Assembly: GCA_044220955.1 (NCBI GenBank)
Contig: JBGAQA010000041.1
Span: forward strand, 1-54,809
Source: Sandaracinaceae bacterium
GTDB taxonomy: Bacteria > Myxococcota_A > Polyangia > Polyangiales > Sandaracinaceae
Direction: 5' to 3'
DNA: 54,809 bases
Shown: piece by piece, positions 18,567 to 30,712 of the stretch
Numbering within the stretch: position 1 is the first letter of the stretch
Layout of the letters: the number at the start of each line of letters is the position of its first letter
Notes under the pieces: model-generated
Seen by the model: the letters and a program-made list of their open reading frames with translations, nothing else
Told to the model about the DNA's origin: nothing
Database searches by the model: none
Program-made: the position numbers and the translations under genes

Positions 18567-19694
18567 TCAGCGGTCGACGAGGCGCACCTCGGGGCCGAGC
18601 GCGGCCGCGATCGCGGCGCGCCGCTCGGCGCGCAGCGCGCCGTCGCCCACGTCGCAGAGGCGCTGCACGCGGATGTCCTCGCAGGGCTCGAGGCCCTGAT
18701 CTCGCTCGTGGAAGTTGTTGTAGGTGAAGAGCGGCACGGCCTCGAGCTCCCCGATCGACGTGCGTCCTGCCTCGACGCTCACGCGGACCCGCAGCCACGC
18801 ACCGTCGCGCGCGTCGGGGCGCCAGGTCGCCTCGTGTCCGATGCCGTCGTGTCCGAGGCGATAGGCGAAGCCCTGGTTCGAGACGAGGTTGCCGAGCGAG
18901 TACGCGCAGAGCGCCTCGCCACGCGGCGAGGCCAGGCGCTCGACCGGGTGCAGCACGTGCGGGCCGTGTCCGAGGATCACGTCGGCGCCGTTCTCGACGA
19001 GGAAGCGCGCGCGCTCCCGCTCCTCGCTCCGTGGCCCCTGCCAGAAGTCGTGGCTCCAGTGGATCGACACGACCACGAGGTCGGCAGCGCGGCGCGCTCG
19101 CGCGAGCGCGGCGATCACGCGCTCGTCGTCCCAGGTGGCGATCCGCGCTTGCGGCTCGTCGTGCCCCGGGCCGGCGTTGACGCGGTTGGTGACGGCGACG
19201 AACGCGACGCGGATCGTCCCGCGCGTCACCACCACGGGCGCGATCGCGGCGTCGTCGTCGTCGCCGGCGCCGGCCGTGCGGACGCCCGCCTCGCGGAGCG
19301 CTCGGAGCGTGAGCGCCGCGCCGCGCGCTCCCTGGTCCCAGGCGTGGTTGTTCGCGAGGGACACGACGTCGATGCCCGCGCGCGCGAGCGCGGCGGCCAC
19401 GTCCGCGGGCGCCCCGAGCGTCGGAGGGGAGCCCGACTCCACGGGGATCTCTTCGGAGAGCGGCGACTCGAGGTTGGCGAACGCGATCAGGTCGGCGGGC
19501 GCCATCACGCGCACGGGCGCGAGCACGCGATCGAAGCCCTCCACGGCCGCGCGGCCGGCGCTCACCACGCGCGGCTGCAGCAGGACGTCTCCGCCTGCGC
19601 CGAGCGTCACCGCGCCGCCCCGGACCTGCGCGCCGCCGGGCGGCGTGAGGCACGCGACGCCGACCAGGCACGCTGCGAGGCAGGCCGCGCGCAT
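18567..19694 (-). CDS. CapA/PGA_cap family metallophosphatase-fold lipoprotein
   Basis: GGDVL, ANLESPL, SLANNHAWDQG, SIHW, ILGHGPHVL, YSLGNLV. Confidence 0.9.
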   Translation of the reverse strand: MRAACLAACLVGVACLTPPGGAQVRGGAVTLGAGGDVLLQPRVVSAGRAAVEGFDRVLAPVRVMAPADLIAFANLESPLSEEIPVESGSPPTLGAPADVAAALARAGIDVVSLANNHAWDQGARGAALTLRALREAGVRTAGAGDDDDAAIAPVVVTRGTIRVAFVAVTNRVNAGPGHDEPQARIATWDDERVIAALARARRAADLVVVSIHWSHDFWQGPRSEERERARFLVENGADVILGHGPHVLHPVERLASPRGEALCAYSLGNLVSNQGFAYRLGHDGIGHEATWRPDARDGAWLRVRVSVEAGRTSIGELEAVPLFTYNNFHERDQGLEPCEDIRVQRLCDVGDGALRAERRAAIAAALGPEVRLVDR

Positions 19695-19697
19695 GGG

Positions 19698-21281
<1,584 letters not shown>

Positions 21282-21354
21282 CGCGCCAGGCGTCAGAGGA
21301 TAACCGATCCCCGGCGGCGAGCTTGGTGGCGGTGAATCGCGAGCACTCCGGTCG

Positions 21355-22794
21355 TCAGGTCGGGGCGCGGGGCACGCAGCGCATCTCCCAGCCGGAGTGG
21401 TCGACCGGCGCACAGGTCCCGCCGCCGCACGTCGCGTCGGCGCAGCACGTGTCGGCGCAGAAGCCCCCGAGGCACAGGTTCTCGCGGCAGTCGCCGTCGG
21501 TCGAGCAGGGCTCGCCCTGGCCGCGTCCGCCCCACGCCAGACAGCCCGTGAGCCACTGCCCGTCGACGGGGACGTAGGCGCACGCGGGCCTCGACGAGGA
21601 GCAGTCGGCGGCGCTGCCGCAGGGGTTCACGCAGTACGCGTTGAGGATCGGCTCGCAGATGCCGCTCGCGCAGCCGAAGCCGAGGCCGCACGTCTGATCC
21701 GAGGCGGCCGCGCACTCCCAGGCGCCGCCGCCGCCCGCGGGTGTCGAGAGGGAGTACGCCACGCACGCTCGCCCCGGGCACGCGTTGCGGTTCGTGCAGA
21801 GCGTGAAGCCGAGGTCCACGCTGCTCAGCTCGGTCCGCATGACGCACGAGCGCGCGCCCGTCCCCGGCGCCCAGCAGGTCGAGCCGGCGAACGCCGTGCA
21901 CTCCGTGTCGGTGCAGCACGGCGCGCCGCACACGCTCCCGCTGCCCTGGAGCGCGAGGCTCTGCCGCGTGAAGCAGCGGCCGCTCGCGCAGTCGGCGTTC
22001 GTGGCGCACGCGCCTCCGAGCGGTGTCAGCGGCTGACAGACCCACGTCATCGAGCTCGTCGTCGGCGTGCAGCGCTCGCCCCCCGCGCAGCCCGACGTGC
22101 GGCAGTCCGTGGGCGCGCCGCAGCCCGCGGTGCCCATCGTGCAGCACGTGGAGTCCGCGTTGCAGAGCTGCCCGGCGCCGCAGGGCACCAGGCGGCAGTC
22201 GCGCGGATCGATGCATCGCGGGACGGTCTCCCCGGTCGGCACGGCGCAGAGCGTCCCGACGTCGGGGCAGCGGGCGGACAGGTCGCTGGTCGTCGGATTG
22301 CAGTCGTCGTCGTAGCCGTTGCAGACCTCGGTGCCGCCGGGGTGGATGTCCCTGTCGCGATCGTTGCAGTCGCTCTGGCTCGGCATCGCGACGTTGCACG
22401 CCACGTAGCCGTCGGCGTCGCTGTCGACGTCGAGCATCTCGTCCACGAGCGTGTCGCAGTCGTCGTCCCGCTGGTTGCAGAGCTCGGCGGCGGCGCAGTC
22501 CGTCCGGCACTCGCCGCGGACGCAGAGACCACCGGTGCAGGGCGCGTCGTCGTCGACCATCCCGTTGCAGTCGTCGTCGAGACCGTTGCACGTCTCGGCG
22601 ACGGGGTTCGCGCACGAGCCCACGCAGAAGCCGTCCACGCAGTGCTGCGGCGCAGGGCAGGGATCGGGGTCGGGGGGCGCGAAGTCGCAGGGCGCCGGTC
22701 CGGGGTCGCGCGAGGCGATCGCCGAGCAGCCGGCAAGCGTCGCGAGCGGCAGCGTGGCGAGCAGCGTCGCGATCGCGAGCGATGCGCGCGTCAC
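21355..22794 (-). CDS. Cys-rich lipoprotein with putative metal-binding (E.CNG.DDDC) repeats
   Basis: Lipobox LAGC; ETCNGLDDDCNG, ELCNQRDDDCD, DCND...IHPGGTEVCNGYDDDC. Confidence 0.85.
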   Translation of the reverse strand: MTRASLAIATLLATLPLATLAGCSAIASRDPGPAPCDFAPPDPDPCPAPQHCVDGFCVGSCANPVAETCNGLDDDCNGMVDDDAPCTGGLCVRGECRTDCAAAELCNQRDDDCDTLVDEMLDVDSDADGYVACNVAMPSQSDCNDRDRDIHPGGTEVCNGYDDDCNPTTSDLSARCPDVGTLCAVPTGETVPRCIDPRDCRLVPCGAGQLCNADSTCCTMGTAGCGAPTDCRTSGCAGGERCTPTTSSMTWVCQPLTPLGGACATNADCASGRCFTRQSLALQGSGSVCGAPCCTDTECTAFAGSTCWAPGTGARSCVMRTELSSVDLGFTLCTNRNACPGRACVAYSLSTPAGGGGAWECAAASDQTCGLGFGCASGICEPILNAYCVNPCGSAADCSSSRPACAYVPVDGQWLTGCLAWGGRGQGEPCSTDGDCRENLCLGGFCADTCCADATCGGGTCAPVDHSGWEMRCVPRAPT

Positions 22795-23564
22795 AGCACG
22801 CTCCCGTCCCAGTGGAACGCGATCTCCAGGCCGCTACCGCCGGCACGGACGTCCCACGACTCGTACGTGTGCTCGCGCAGCACGAAGAGCAGCAGCGCCG
22901 CCGCGAAGCCGGCGAGGCTGATCGAGCCCAGCACGTCGGCGGCGAGGCCGACCGAGCTCGCGTCGGCGAGGTACTGCGTGCGCTGCGTCGCGTCGCCCGG
23001 CGCCAGCAGCGTGTAGTGCGATCCGGTGTCGAAGAGCACGAGCGAGCCGATGCCGCAGCCCACCGCCGCCAGGCCCACGAGCCCGCTCGCGGCGAAGGTG
23101 CCCCAGAACGCGTCGTCCGCCACGCCGCGCTCCCGCACGTACGTCGGCCCGCGCTCGTCCGGCTCGCCGGTCTCCTGCGGCGGGGGCTCGCGATGCTCCT
23201 GTGCGCCTTCGAGGCGGTCGATGGTGTCCTGCGTGCGCGCTCGCTCCTCGGTCTGCTCGGGCGGCGTGACCGCCAGCAGGCGACGGTAGGCGCTGATCGA
23301 CTGTGCGTAGTCCCCCTGCAGCTCGTAGACCCGACCGAGGTTGAAGAGCAGGGTCGGCGCCGCCGGGTCGAGGACCAGCGCGTTCTCGAGGTCGTTCGCC
23401 GCCGCGGCGTACTCGCCGGCCCGGTAGTGGGCGCGCGCGCTCTCGAAGAGCGTCATCGCCTCCGGCGGCGGCTCGTGCGCCTGTGCCTCCGCCGTCCGGC
23501 AGACCAGAGCCGTACCGAGCGTGCAAGCCACCACGAGAGCAGCGGAAACCCGCGAGCGAAGCAT
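22791..23564 (-). CDS. Exported TPR protein with C-terminal hydrophobic segments
   Basis: Signal peptide; A..HY.AGEY..A...PTLLFNLGRVYE TPR; 4-nt overlap with the next gene. Confidence 0.82.
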   Translation of the reverse strand: MLRSRVSAALVVACTLGTALVCRTAEAQAHEPPPEAMTLFESARAHYRAGEYAAAANDLENALVLDPAAPTLLFNLGRVYELQGDYAQSISAYRRLLAVTPPEQTEERARTQDTIDRLEGAQEHREPPPQETGEPDERGPTYVRERGVADDAFWGTFAASGLVGLAAVGCGIGSLVLFDTGSHYTLLAPGDATQRTQYLADASSVGLAADVLGSISLAGFAAALLLFVLREHTYESWDVRAGGSGLEIAFHWDGSVL

Positions 23565-23693
23565 GTAACCGGTCGAAGGTAGCGCGCGCGGGCGGACCCT
23601 GGAAAGGGCGAACGCGCCGTCGAGCCGACCGGATCGAAGGCCGTGTGGGCTTTGGTCCGACCCCCGAGCCGGGCTACCCTCGGCCGGCGCCGG

Positions 23694-26255
23694 ATGCGAC
23701 ACGCCCTTCTCGTCTGCCTCGCGCTCGCGGCGCTGCCCTCGATCGCTCGCGCCCAGCTGCGCCGCGCCACCTCCGGGGTGTGGCTGCCGCCGTCCTCGTA
23801 CGCCGCGAGCGACGACGCCTTCGCGCTCTCGCTCGATCCGGCGGCGATGGCGTTCGTCGACGACTGGACGGTCGCGTACGTGCACGCGGACGCCGCGGAC
23901 TCGACCGGTCTGGGGCAGCGCGGGGACGGCGTCTACGGCGCGCTGCCGCTGATCTTCGGTCTCTCGCTCGGCGCATCGGTCGAGAGCGTGCGGCCCGCGA
24001 CGGCGCCCATCGGGCAGGGGATCGAGCACACGATGCTCTCGCTCGGCCTCGCGTACGCGGCCTCGCGCTCGCTCGGCGTGGGCGTGGCGAGCCGCTTCCT
24101 GTGGTCGGGCGATCCGCACCTCTCGGGCCTCTTCACGCTCGACGTCGCCGCGTCGTGGCGGCCGATCCCTCAGCTCGCGTTCTCGTTCGTCGCCCGTGAT
24201 CTGAGCGGTCCCGGGTACAACGGCGGGTGCCTGCCCATCGGCGCGACGAGCACCGGCCCCTGCAGCGTGCCGCGCTCGTTCCTGCTGGCGATCGGACTGC
24301 GGCCCGAGGGGTCGCGCGCGCTGAGCTTCGACCTCGCAGGCGCCGTCGACGAGCGTGGCCGCGTCGGCGCGCGCGTGATGGGCGAGCTCGAGGTGCCCTA
24401 CCTCGGCCGTGCGCTCGCGGCCGTGGACGTGGAGAACCTCGGCGGCAACCAGGTGCTCGGTCCGCTCGGGACGATGGCGACGACGAGCCCCGACGTGCGG
24501 GTGACGGCCGGCCTCGCGATCGACTGGGGCCAGCTCGGCGTGGGCGGCGGCGTGATCGTCGGCGACGGCCTCGACGGCTCGCCCGGCTGGTACGTCACGG
24601 GACACCTCGACGGGCGCATGCGCCGCGGCATCCCCACGGGCGACGTCATCGCCGAGGTCGTGATGGAGGGGCAGGGAGCGCGAAGCATCGTCTCGACGAT
24701 CGGCCGGCTCGATCGCGCTCTGCACGATCCGCGCGTGCGCGGCGTGCTCTTGCGTCCGCTCGGCAGCGGCATCGGCATGGCCTACGCGCAGGAGGTGCGC
24801 CTGCTGATCACGCAGCTCGAAGAGGCCGGCCGACCGGTGGTGTGCATGCTCGAGGACGCGAGCGGCAGCGAGCTCTACATGTGCGCGGGCGCCTCCGCGA
24901 TCGTGGCCGATCCTGCCGGCGGCGTGCGCCTCTACGGGCCGAGCTTCGAGGTCCAGCACTACGGTCAGCTGCTCCGCGAGCTGGGCGTGCGCGCCGACTT
25001 CGTGCGCATCGGCCGCTACAAGAGCGCGATCGAGGAGTACCAGGACGACGCGATGAGCGGCCCGGCGCGGCAGGAGCGCGGCGTGCTGATCGACGAGCTC
25101 TACGGGCGCCTCGTGCACGACCTCGCCGACGACCTCGAGGTCGACGAGGCGCGCGTACGCGCGATCGTCGACGGCGGCCCTTACGTCACTCCGCGCGCGA
25201 TCACGGCGGGCATCGTGCACTCGAGCGGCGACTCGCACGACCTCGACGACGTGCTCCGCCAGACGATGGGCGGCAGCTACGGGCGCGAGCGCAGCACGCC
25301 CGCCGAGGCCACGCGCGGCTGGGGCGAGTCCCCGCACGTCGGCGTCGTCTTCGTCGACGGCGAGATGACCGACGGAACGAACCTCGACGTGCCGCTGCTC
25401 GAGATCCACACCACCGGTGGGCGCACGGCCGTCGACGCGATCGATCGCGTGGCGGGCGATCCGAACGTCGCGGCGATGATCCTGCGGATCGACAGCCCCG
25501 GCGGCTCGGTGCTCGCCGCCGACCAGATCGTGCGGGCCATCCAGCGCGCGCGGCGTCGCATCCCGGTCATCGCGTCGATGGGCGCGGTCGCGGCGAGCGG
25601 CGGCTACTACGTGGCGAGCGCGTGCGACGAGATCTGGGCGGACCCCTCGACCATCACCGGCTCGATCGGCGTGTGGTTCGGCAAGGTCGACTTCGAGCCG
25701 ATCGCCACCCGCTACGGCGTCCACACCGAGCAGATCAGCCGCAGCGCGCACGCGGGCGCGGAGTCGCTCTGGCGGCCCTTCACGCCGGACGAGCGCGCGA
25801 TCCTCGCCGAGAGCGTGCGCGACTGGTACCGCGCGTTCCTGGCGCGGGTCTCGGAGGGGCGCGGCATGACCCTGACCGAGGTGCACGCCGTCGCCCAGGG
25901 CCGCGTGTGGACGGGCGACCACGCGCAGGAGATCGGCCTCGTGGACCGGCTGGGCGGCTTCGGCAGCGCGCTGCAGCGGGCGCGCGAGCTCGGGGGCCTG
26001 CCCGACTCCGCCGGGTTCACCACGACGCCCTCGCGACCGAGCGGCCTGCTCGACTACGTGCTCGCCGGCACTCCGCTCGGCACCGACACGACCGAGACCG
26101 GCTCGGCGACGACGAGCGACGGCGGTCTCGGCGACGTGCTCCGGACGCTCTCGCCCGAGGTGCTGAGCGCGATCCGGTTCGGCTACCTGATGCGCGCGAT
26201 GGAGAGCGCCGAGCCGATGGCCCTCATGCCGATGACGATCGAGGCGGGAATGTGA
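23694..26255 (+). CDS. sppA: Signal peptide peptidase SppA (S49) with N-terminal beta-barrel-like domain
   Basis: GRYKSA (Lys), RIDSPGGS, AASGGYY (Ser), TITGSIGV, QGRVWTG, GLVDRLGG; ~300-aa amphipathic beta-rich N-terminus. Confidence 0.9.
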   Translation: MRHALLVCLALAALPSIARAQLRRATSGVWLPPSSYAASDDAFALSLDPAAMAFVDDWTVAYVHADAADSTGLGQRGDGVYGALPLIFGLSLGASVESVRPATAPIGQGIEHTMLSLGLAYAASRSLGVGVASRFLWSGDPHLSGLFTLDVAASWRPIPQLAFSFVARDLSGPGYNGGCLPIGATSTGPCSVPRSFLLAIGLRPEGSRALSFDLAGAVDERGRVGARVMGELEVPYLGRALAAVDVENLGGNQVLGPLGTMATTSPDVRVTAGLAIDWGQLGVGGGVIVGDGLDGSPGWYVTGHLDGRMRRGIPTGDVIAEVVMEGQGARSIVSTIGRLDRALHDPRVRGVLLRPLGSGIGMAYAQEVRLLITQLEEAGRPVVCMLEDASGSELYMCAGASAIVADPAGGVRLYGPSFEVQHYGQLLRELGVRADFVRIGRYKSAIEEYQDDAMSGPARQERGVLIDELYGRLVHDLADDLEVDEARVRAIVDGGPYVTPRAITAGIVHSSGDSHDLDDVLRQTMGGSYGRERSTPAEATRGWGESPHVGVVFVDGEMTDGTNLDVPLLEIHTTGGRTAVDAIDRVAGDPNVAAMILRIDSPGGSVLAADQIVRAIQRARRRIPVIASMGAVAASGGYYVASACDEIWADPSTITGSIGVWFGKVDFEPIATRYGVHTEQISRSAHAGAESLWRPFTPDERAILAESVRDWYRAFLARVSEGRGMTLTEVHAVAQGRVWTGDHAQEIGLVDRLGGFGSALQRARELGGLPDSAGFTTTPSRPSGLLDYVLAGTPLGTDTTETGSATTSDGGLGDVLRTLSPEVLSAIRFGYLMRAMESAEPMALMPMTIEAGM

Positions 26256-26287
26256 GCCTTGGCCCGCCGGTTGCTGCGGGCGCGCGC

Positions 26288-27073
26288 ATGAGTCGACTGG
26301 CACTCCTTGGCATGGCGGTGGTCCTCCTCGGGCTGGTGGCGGGCTGCCCGACCTCGCACGGCACGGTGCGGAGCTGCGCCGAGGCGGCGAGCGCGCCCGA
26401 CGGCACGCCGTGCGAGGGGTTCACCTTCTGTCCGCCGGGCACCGCCTGCGGGCCGGCGCTGACGTGCAGCGCGGGGACGCTCGTGCGCGAGGTGCCCCGC
26501 TGCGACGGCGGCTCGCTCGACGGCGGGCCGACAGACACGGGTCCGGCGGACGCCGGTCCGCCCGACGCGGGCCCCTGCGCGCCGCACGTGCCTGCGTTCG
26601 GGACGCCCTGCCACACGACGAGCGAGTGCGACCCTGCGCGCTTCGAGATGTGCTTCGCCCCGGGCGCCTCCACCGGCTGCGGCATCTGCGTGATGGCTCA
26701 CCGGACCTGCCTCACCGACGCCGACTGCGCCTCGACGGACTTCTGCGAGTCGTACGTCGAGCCCTGCGCGCGCCCCTTCTCGTGCGGCAACGGCAGCGAC
26801 GTCACGAGCACGCGCTGCGCGCCGCGCTGCAGCGCGACGAGCTGCGGGACCGACGCGACGTGCGAGAGCGACGGGCGCTGTCATCCCGTCCCTTGCTTCG
26901 GAGGCGCGTACAGCTGCCCCGCGCTCACGACGTGCGTCACCTCGCCGACGAGCGACGCGCACGGATGCTCGCGCGACTCCTGCACGACCGACGCGGACTG
27001 CGGCTGCGGCGGAGCCTGCCTCACGGGCTTCTGCTACGACACGCTCGGCAGCTGCATGCCGCCCGCCGCCTGA
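26288..27073 (+). CDS. Cys-rich lipoprotein
   Basis: Lipobox VAGC; C..DADC repeats; DAG linker. Confidence 0.8.
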   Translation: MSRLALLGMAVVLLGLVAGCPTSHGTVRSCAEAASAPDGTPCEGFTFCPPGTACGPALTCSAGTLVREVPRCDGGSLDGGPTDTGPADAGPPDAGPCAPHVPAFGTPCHTTSECDPARFEMCFAPGASTGCGICVMAHRTCLTDADCASTDFCESYVEPCARPFSCGNGSDVTSTRCAPRCSATSCGTDATCESDGRCHPVPCFGGAYSCPALTTCVTSPTSDAHGCSRDSCTTDADCGCGGACLTGFCYDTLGSCMPPAA

Positions 27074-27079
27074 GCGTCG

Positions 27080-27847
27080 TCAAGGCCCTCGGAGACGCAG
27101 GGCGCCCGCGATCGCGAGCGCGTCGTCGCGGTCGAAGACGTCGCGGCGCAGCTGCACGAAGCTCGCGGCGGTCCCGCGGCGCAGCGCCACCACGAAGACG
27201 TCGTCGTTCTCGAGCAGCACCGACTCGTCCGCCGCGAGCGAGAGCGGCGTGCGGCGGTCGGGGTGGAAGCGCGAGAGGAGCGAGCGCCACTCCTGGGCGT
27301 CCGGCGCAGGCCGCTCTCGGACGAGCACCGTGAGCGTCGCGTGCCCCGGCGCCGCGATGCCGACGTCGCAGCCACCGTCCTCGGAGCTCGTGGTCGCGTA
27401 CGAGAGCGGCTCGGAGGTGTAGCGCGCCAGCGTCGCGATCGGGGCGAGGCGGCCGCAGGACGACGCCGACGCGCGCAACGACGTGTACACGCCGAGCGGC
27501 CACGCGAGCACGAGCGCTGCCGCGACCGCGACCAGGGTCACGAAGATCGAGATGCGCGGCCACGGGATCGGCTCCGCGCGCACGAGGCGGCCGGTCGAGA
27601 GCTCGATCTCCCCGACGCGCAGCAGAACCCAGCCGGTCCCGAAGAAGGTGAGGATCATGGGAGCCGCGTAGGCGACGAGGCGGCCGCTGCCCTCGATGCG
27701 CACGAACGACGTACCGCGGAGCGCGAGGCCCACGAACGCGAGCATCGCGAGCGCGAGCCCCCAGCACGCCACGCCGATCCCGAGCCGCCAGCGCATGGTC
27801 TGCGCCGCGAGCTTCGCGCGGTACGCGGCGTCGTCCCCTTCGCTCAT
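27080..27847 (-). CDS. Hypothetical membrane protein (3 TM plus soluble domain)
   Basis: ATG overlaps the tsaB stop; hydrophobic segments. Confidence 0.7.
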   Translation of the reverse strand: MSEGDDAAYRAKLAAQTMRWRLGIGVACWGLALAMLAFVGLALRGTSFVRIEGSGRLVAYAAPMILTFFGTGWVLLRVGEIELSTGRLVRAEPIPWPRISIFVTLVAVAAALVLAWPLGVYTSLRASASSCGRLAPIATLARYTSEPLSYATTSSEDGGCDVGIAAPGHATLTVLVRERPAPDAQEWRSLLSRFHPDRRTPLSLAADESVLLENDDVFVVALRRGTAASFVQLRRDVFDRDDALAIAGALRLRGP

Positions 27848-28551
27848 GCGCGCGAGGCCGGCAGGAGCGCGTCGGCGGGGCGTACGTACACGGGCTCGAG
27901 GCGGGCGAGGTCGCTCGGTCCGCCACTCGCCAGGAGCGCGCAGGCCTCGCGCGCGAGGACGCCCGCCCGCACCACGTCGTCCGCGCTGCTGGCGCTGGCG
28001 GCGGCCTCACCGAGCGCGGGAACGAACGAGGGGTAGGCGCGGGCGCCGGTCCCGACGACGGTGAGCGGTCCTTCGCCGACGACGGCTCGGAGTCGAGCTG
28101 CGGTGACCTCGGGCGCGCCGTGGACGTCCTCGAGGCGGCACACGAGCCGCGATCCGTCGAGGGCCCATGCGCTCGCGAAGACCTCGCCCTTCTTCCCGTC
28201 GATGGCCACCACGCGCAGCGCGCCCGCGACGGCCGCGGCGAGCACGCGGCTCGTGCGGACGCCGACGATCGGCTTGCCGAGGCCGAGCGCGAGCCCCTTC
28301 GCCGTCGCGAGGCCGATGCGCACCCCCGTGAACGAGCCGGGCCCGAGCCCCACCGCGACGAGGTCGATCGCGCCCCGCGCGAGGCCAGCCGTCTCGAGGA
28401 TCTGCGCGACGCGGGGCAGCAGCGTCTCGCCGTGCTGCGCCGAGACCCGCACGCTCGTCTCCGCGCGCACGACACCGCCGTCGACGACGCCCACGCACGC
28501 CGTCTCGGAGCTGGTGTCGATCACGAGGACGCGCACGTCCGCAACGTGCAT
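27844..28551 (-). CDS. tsaB: tRNA t6A biosynthesis protein TsaB
   Basis: VLVIDTS, HGETLLP, VGLGPGSFTGVRIG, LEPVYVR; exact start uncertain. Confidence 0.93.
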   Translation of the reverse strand: MHVADVRVLVIDTSSETACVGVVDGGVVRAETSVRVSAQHGETLLPRVAQILETAGLARGAIDLVAVGLGPGSFTGVRIGLATAKGLALGLGKPIVGVRTSRVLAAAVAGALRVVAIDGKKGEVFASAWALDGSRLVCRLEDVHGAPEVTAARLRAVVGEGPLTVVGTGARAYPSFVPALGEAAASASSADDVVRAGVLAREACALLASGGPSDLARLEPVYVRPADALLPASRA

Positions 28552-28682
28552 GGCTGCCGGTGGTCCCGCAAGCCCGCGCCTCGCCGTCGGGCGCTCACTC
28601 GTCGGCGATGGCGTGCCCGCCGATGCCGGGTTTGGTGGTGCGTGAGATGCGGCGGTATCCGCGTTGCGGCGGTACGTGCCCT

Positions 28683-30128
28683 TCAATCCTGGGAGCGGCT
28701 CCGCTGGAGGTCGACGGAGCGCAGCAGCTCCAGCCGGGCAGCGGACGGCCGCGGGACCTGGACGGTCATCGATGCGACGACGATCGCCACGCTGGACACC
28801 AGCGGGACGGCCGCATCCCGCCAGCGACGCTCGCGAGCCGCCGCGGCGATCGACGACAACGTCAGTGCGCTCGCGATGATCCACGGCGCGCCGAATCCGA
28901 TGCGGTACCTGCCGAGGACGAAGAACCCGAGGAGCGTGCACGCGGGCAGCAGGACGCCGCTGGCCAGGAGCGCACGGCGCGCGGTGGTGTTCCACGAGAG
29001 GACGAGCCCGACCCACCCGAGCGCGAGCAGTGGGGCGACGGACGGAAACACCGGCAGCGCGAGCACGGCGTTGAAGCGCCGCTCCGACGCGTAGTCGCGG
29101 TTGTCCCCGATCTCGCCGTCGGAGAGGCTGAATCGGACCTTGTTCGCCAGGACCGCGAGCCACGCCTGTGGATTGTCGAGCACGCCCTCCATCGTCCGGT
29201 GGACCCAGTAGCCTTGAACGGACCATGAGCTCGTCGCTCCGGAATCTCGAGCAGCGACCTCGCGTGCATACCGGAACAGGTCCTCCGTGCTCTCGCCATC
29301 GAAGCCCGGCGGCGCGCGCCAAGTCCCGGTCGCGCCGGGCCCGTTTCCTATGAAGAGGTCGATGCCTCCCGAGTCGCCCACGACTTGCAGATCGCCGGCT
29401 GCGAGTGCGTTGCGGATCGCGACTGGCGAGAGCACGGCGAGCAGAGCTACGAGCCCCGCGACGGCGCGCTGCGCGCGTTCTCGACGCGAGCCAGGCGCGC
29501 GGGCCACCACCCAGAGGATCCATGGCACCCAGATCAGCGCGGACGCCCGCGCCAAGGACGCGATGCCGACCGCGCCGAGCGCCACCGCCGCCCGTCGGAC
29601 GCTCGGGGAGCGCTCCAGCTCGAGGTGAGCCTGCGTGGCCATCGCGATCGTCAGTCCCACGAGCGCGTCGGGCATCGGAGTGAGCTCGTAGAAGAGCGCG
29701 GGGCCGCAGAGGGTCCCCAGGAGCGCAGCGACGAAGGCGGCGCCGCCGCCGACCAGCCCGGCGGCGATTCGATAAGCAACGAGAGTCGCCCCGACACCAC
29801 AGAGGGCGTTCAGGACGAAGATGGGAAGTAGCGGGTCGCCGAAGATCGCTCGCACGAGCGCGACGACGAGGAGCCAGAGCGGGCTGAGGTGCCAGGCCTC
29901 GCGCCCCGCGACGAGACCGCTGTCGCAGACCGTCGTCGCGAGGTCGAGGTAGGCCTGCTCGTCGAAGCGCGCGACCGCCCACGCTGGGTCCGCGAGCCTG
30001 CCCCAGAGGCACGCGGCTCGAACGCCGAGCGCGATCACCAGCAGCCCGGCCCCGTACTTCTGCTCCCGGCTCAGTGTGCGACGGCCCGTCAGAAAGCGCA
30101 GCTCTGGCTGCAGCGATTGCTCTGGCAC
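28683..30128 (-). CDS. GT-C fold glycosyltransferase (ArnT/PMT-like, family 39-like)
   Basis: FDEQAY after the first TM, SPLW, many TMs, RNALAAG...GGIDLFIGNGPGATG loop; start uncertain. Confidence 0.8.
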   Translation of the reverse strand: MPEQSLQPELRFLTGRRTLSREQKYGAGLLVIALGVRAACLWGRLADPAWAVARFDEQAYLDLATTVCDSGLVAGREAWHLSPLWLLVVALVRAIFGDPLLPIFVLNALCGVGATLVAYRIAAGLVGGGAAFVAALLGTLCGPALFYELTPMPDALVGLTIAMATQAHLELERSPSVRRAAVALGAVGIASLARASALIWVPWILWVVARAPGSRRERAQRAVAGLVALLAVLSPVAIRNALAAGDLQVVGDSGGIDLFIGNGPGATGTWRAPPGFDGESTEDLFRYAREVAARDSGATSSWSVQGYWVHRTMEGVLDNPQAWLAVLANKVRFSLSDGEIGDNRDYASERRFNAVLALPVFPSVAPLLALGWVGLVLSWNTTARRALLASGVLLPACTLLGFFVLGRYRIGFGAPWIIASALTLSSIAAAARERRWRDAAVPLVSSVAIVVASMTVQVPRPSAARLELLRSVDLQRSRSQD

Positions 30129-30712
30129 GCGTACGTGCAGCTGATGCAGTCAGCTCCATCGCACACGATCTGCGACGCGGCGCACGACGCCGCGGTACAG
30201 CCCGGCGCGACGCACGCCTGATCGCACGCATCGACGGCGTCGTACTCGCGCTGGCAACGCGGCCACCGGATGGCCCAGTCGCTCGCCGGATCTCCGAACG
30301 TGGCGCCTGACGTGCACGTCTGCACCGGAAACGAGTCGGCCATGCATTGCACGAAGGCCGCCGACGCCAGCGCGCAGTCGGCCGCGTCGCCGCTGCCGTT
30401 GTGCACGCAATTGGTCACGCAGTCGCCCATCGTGCCCATGCTCGCGCCGAAGATGTAGAGGCCGAAGTAGCCGGGGCCCCAGCGCTCGCCCTGCAGACAG
30501 GACGTCGAGAGGACCCGCGCGCAGAGCGCGGTGCACGCCGTCTGGAGCGGCCCGGGATCCTGCGTGGCGCAGACCCACGCGTCGTCGCCGGCCCCATGGC
30601 CCGCGTCGCGCGTCGCAGCGTCCGGGCCGGTGCCGGTCGTTCTCGACGAGCATGCGATCGAGGCGGCACCGACCGCGAGGAGAACCATCAGCGCTCTCTG
30701 TGTACTGTTCAC
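30089..30712 (-). CDS. Cys-rich lipoprotein
   Basis: Lipobox SIAC; DAG linker; C..LC, C...C patterns; GAGGAG RBS upstream. Confidence 0.75.
   Translation of the reverse strand: MNSTQRALMVLLAVGAASIACSSRTTGTGPDAATRDAGHGAGDDAWVCATQDPGPLQTACTALCARVLSTSCLQGERWGPGYFGLYIFGASMGTMGDCVTNCVHNGSGDAADCALASAAFVQCMADSFPVQTCTSGATFGDPASDWAIRWPRCQREYDAVDACDQACVAPGCTAASCAASQIVCDGADCISCTYACQSNRCSQSCAF

Noticed and set aside
18567..19694. Poly-gamma-glutamate capsule locus
   Set aside because: No capB/capC; the CapA domain alone is widespread.
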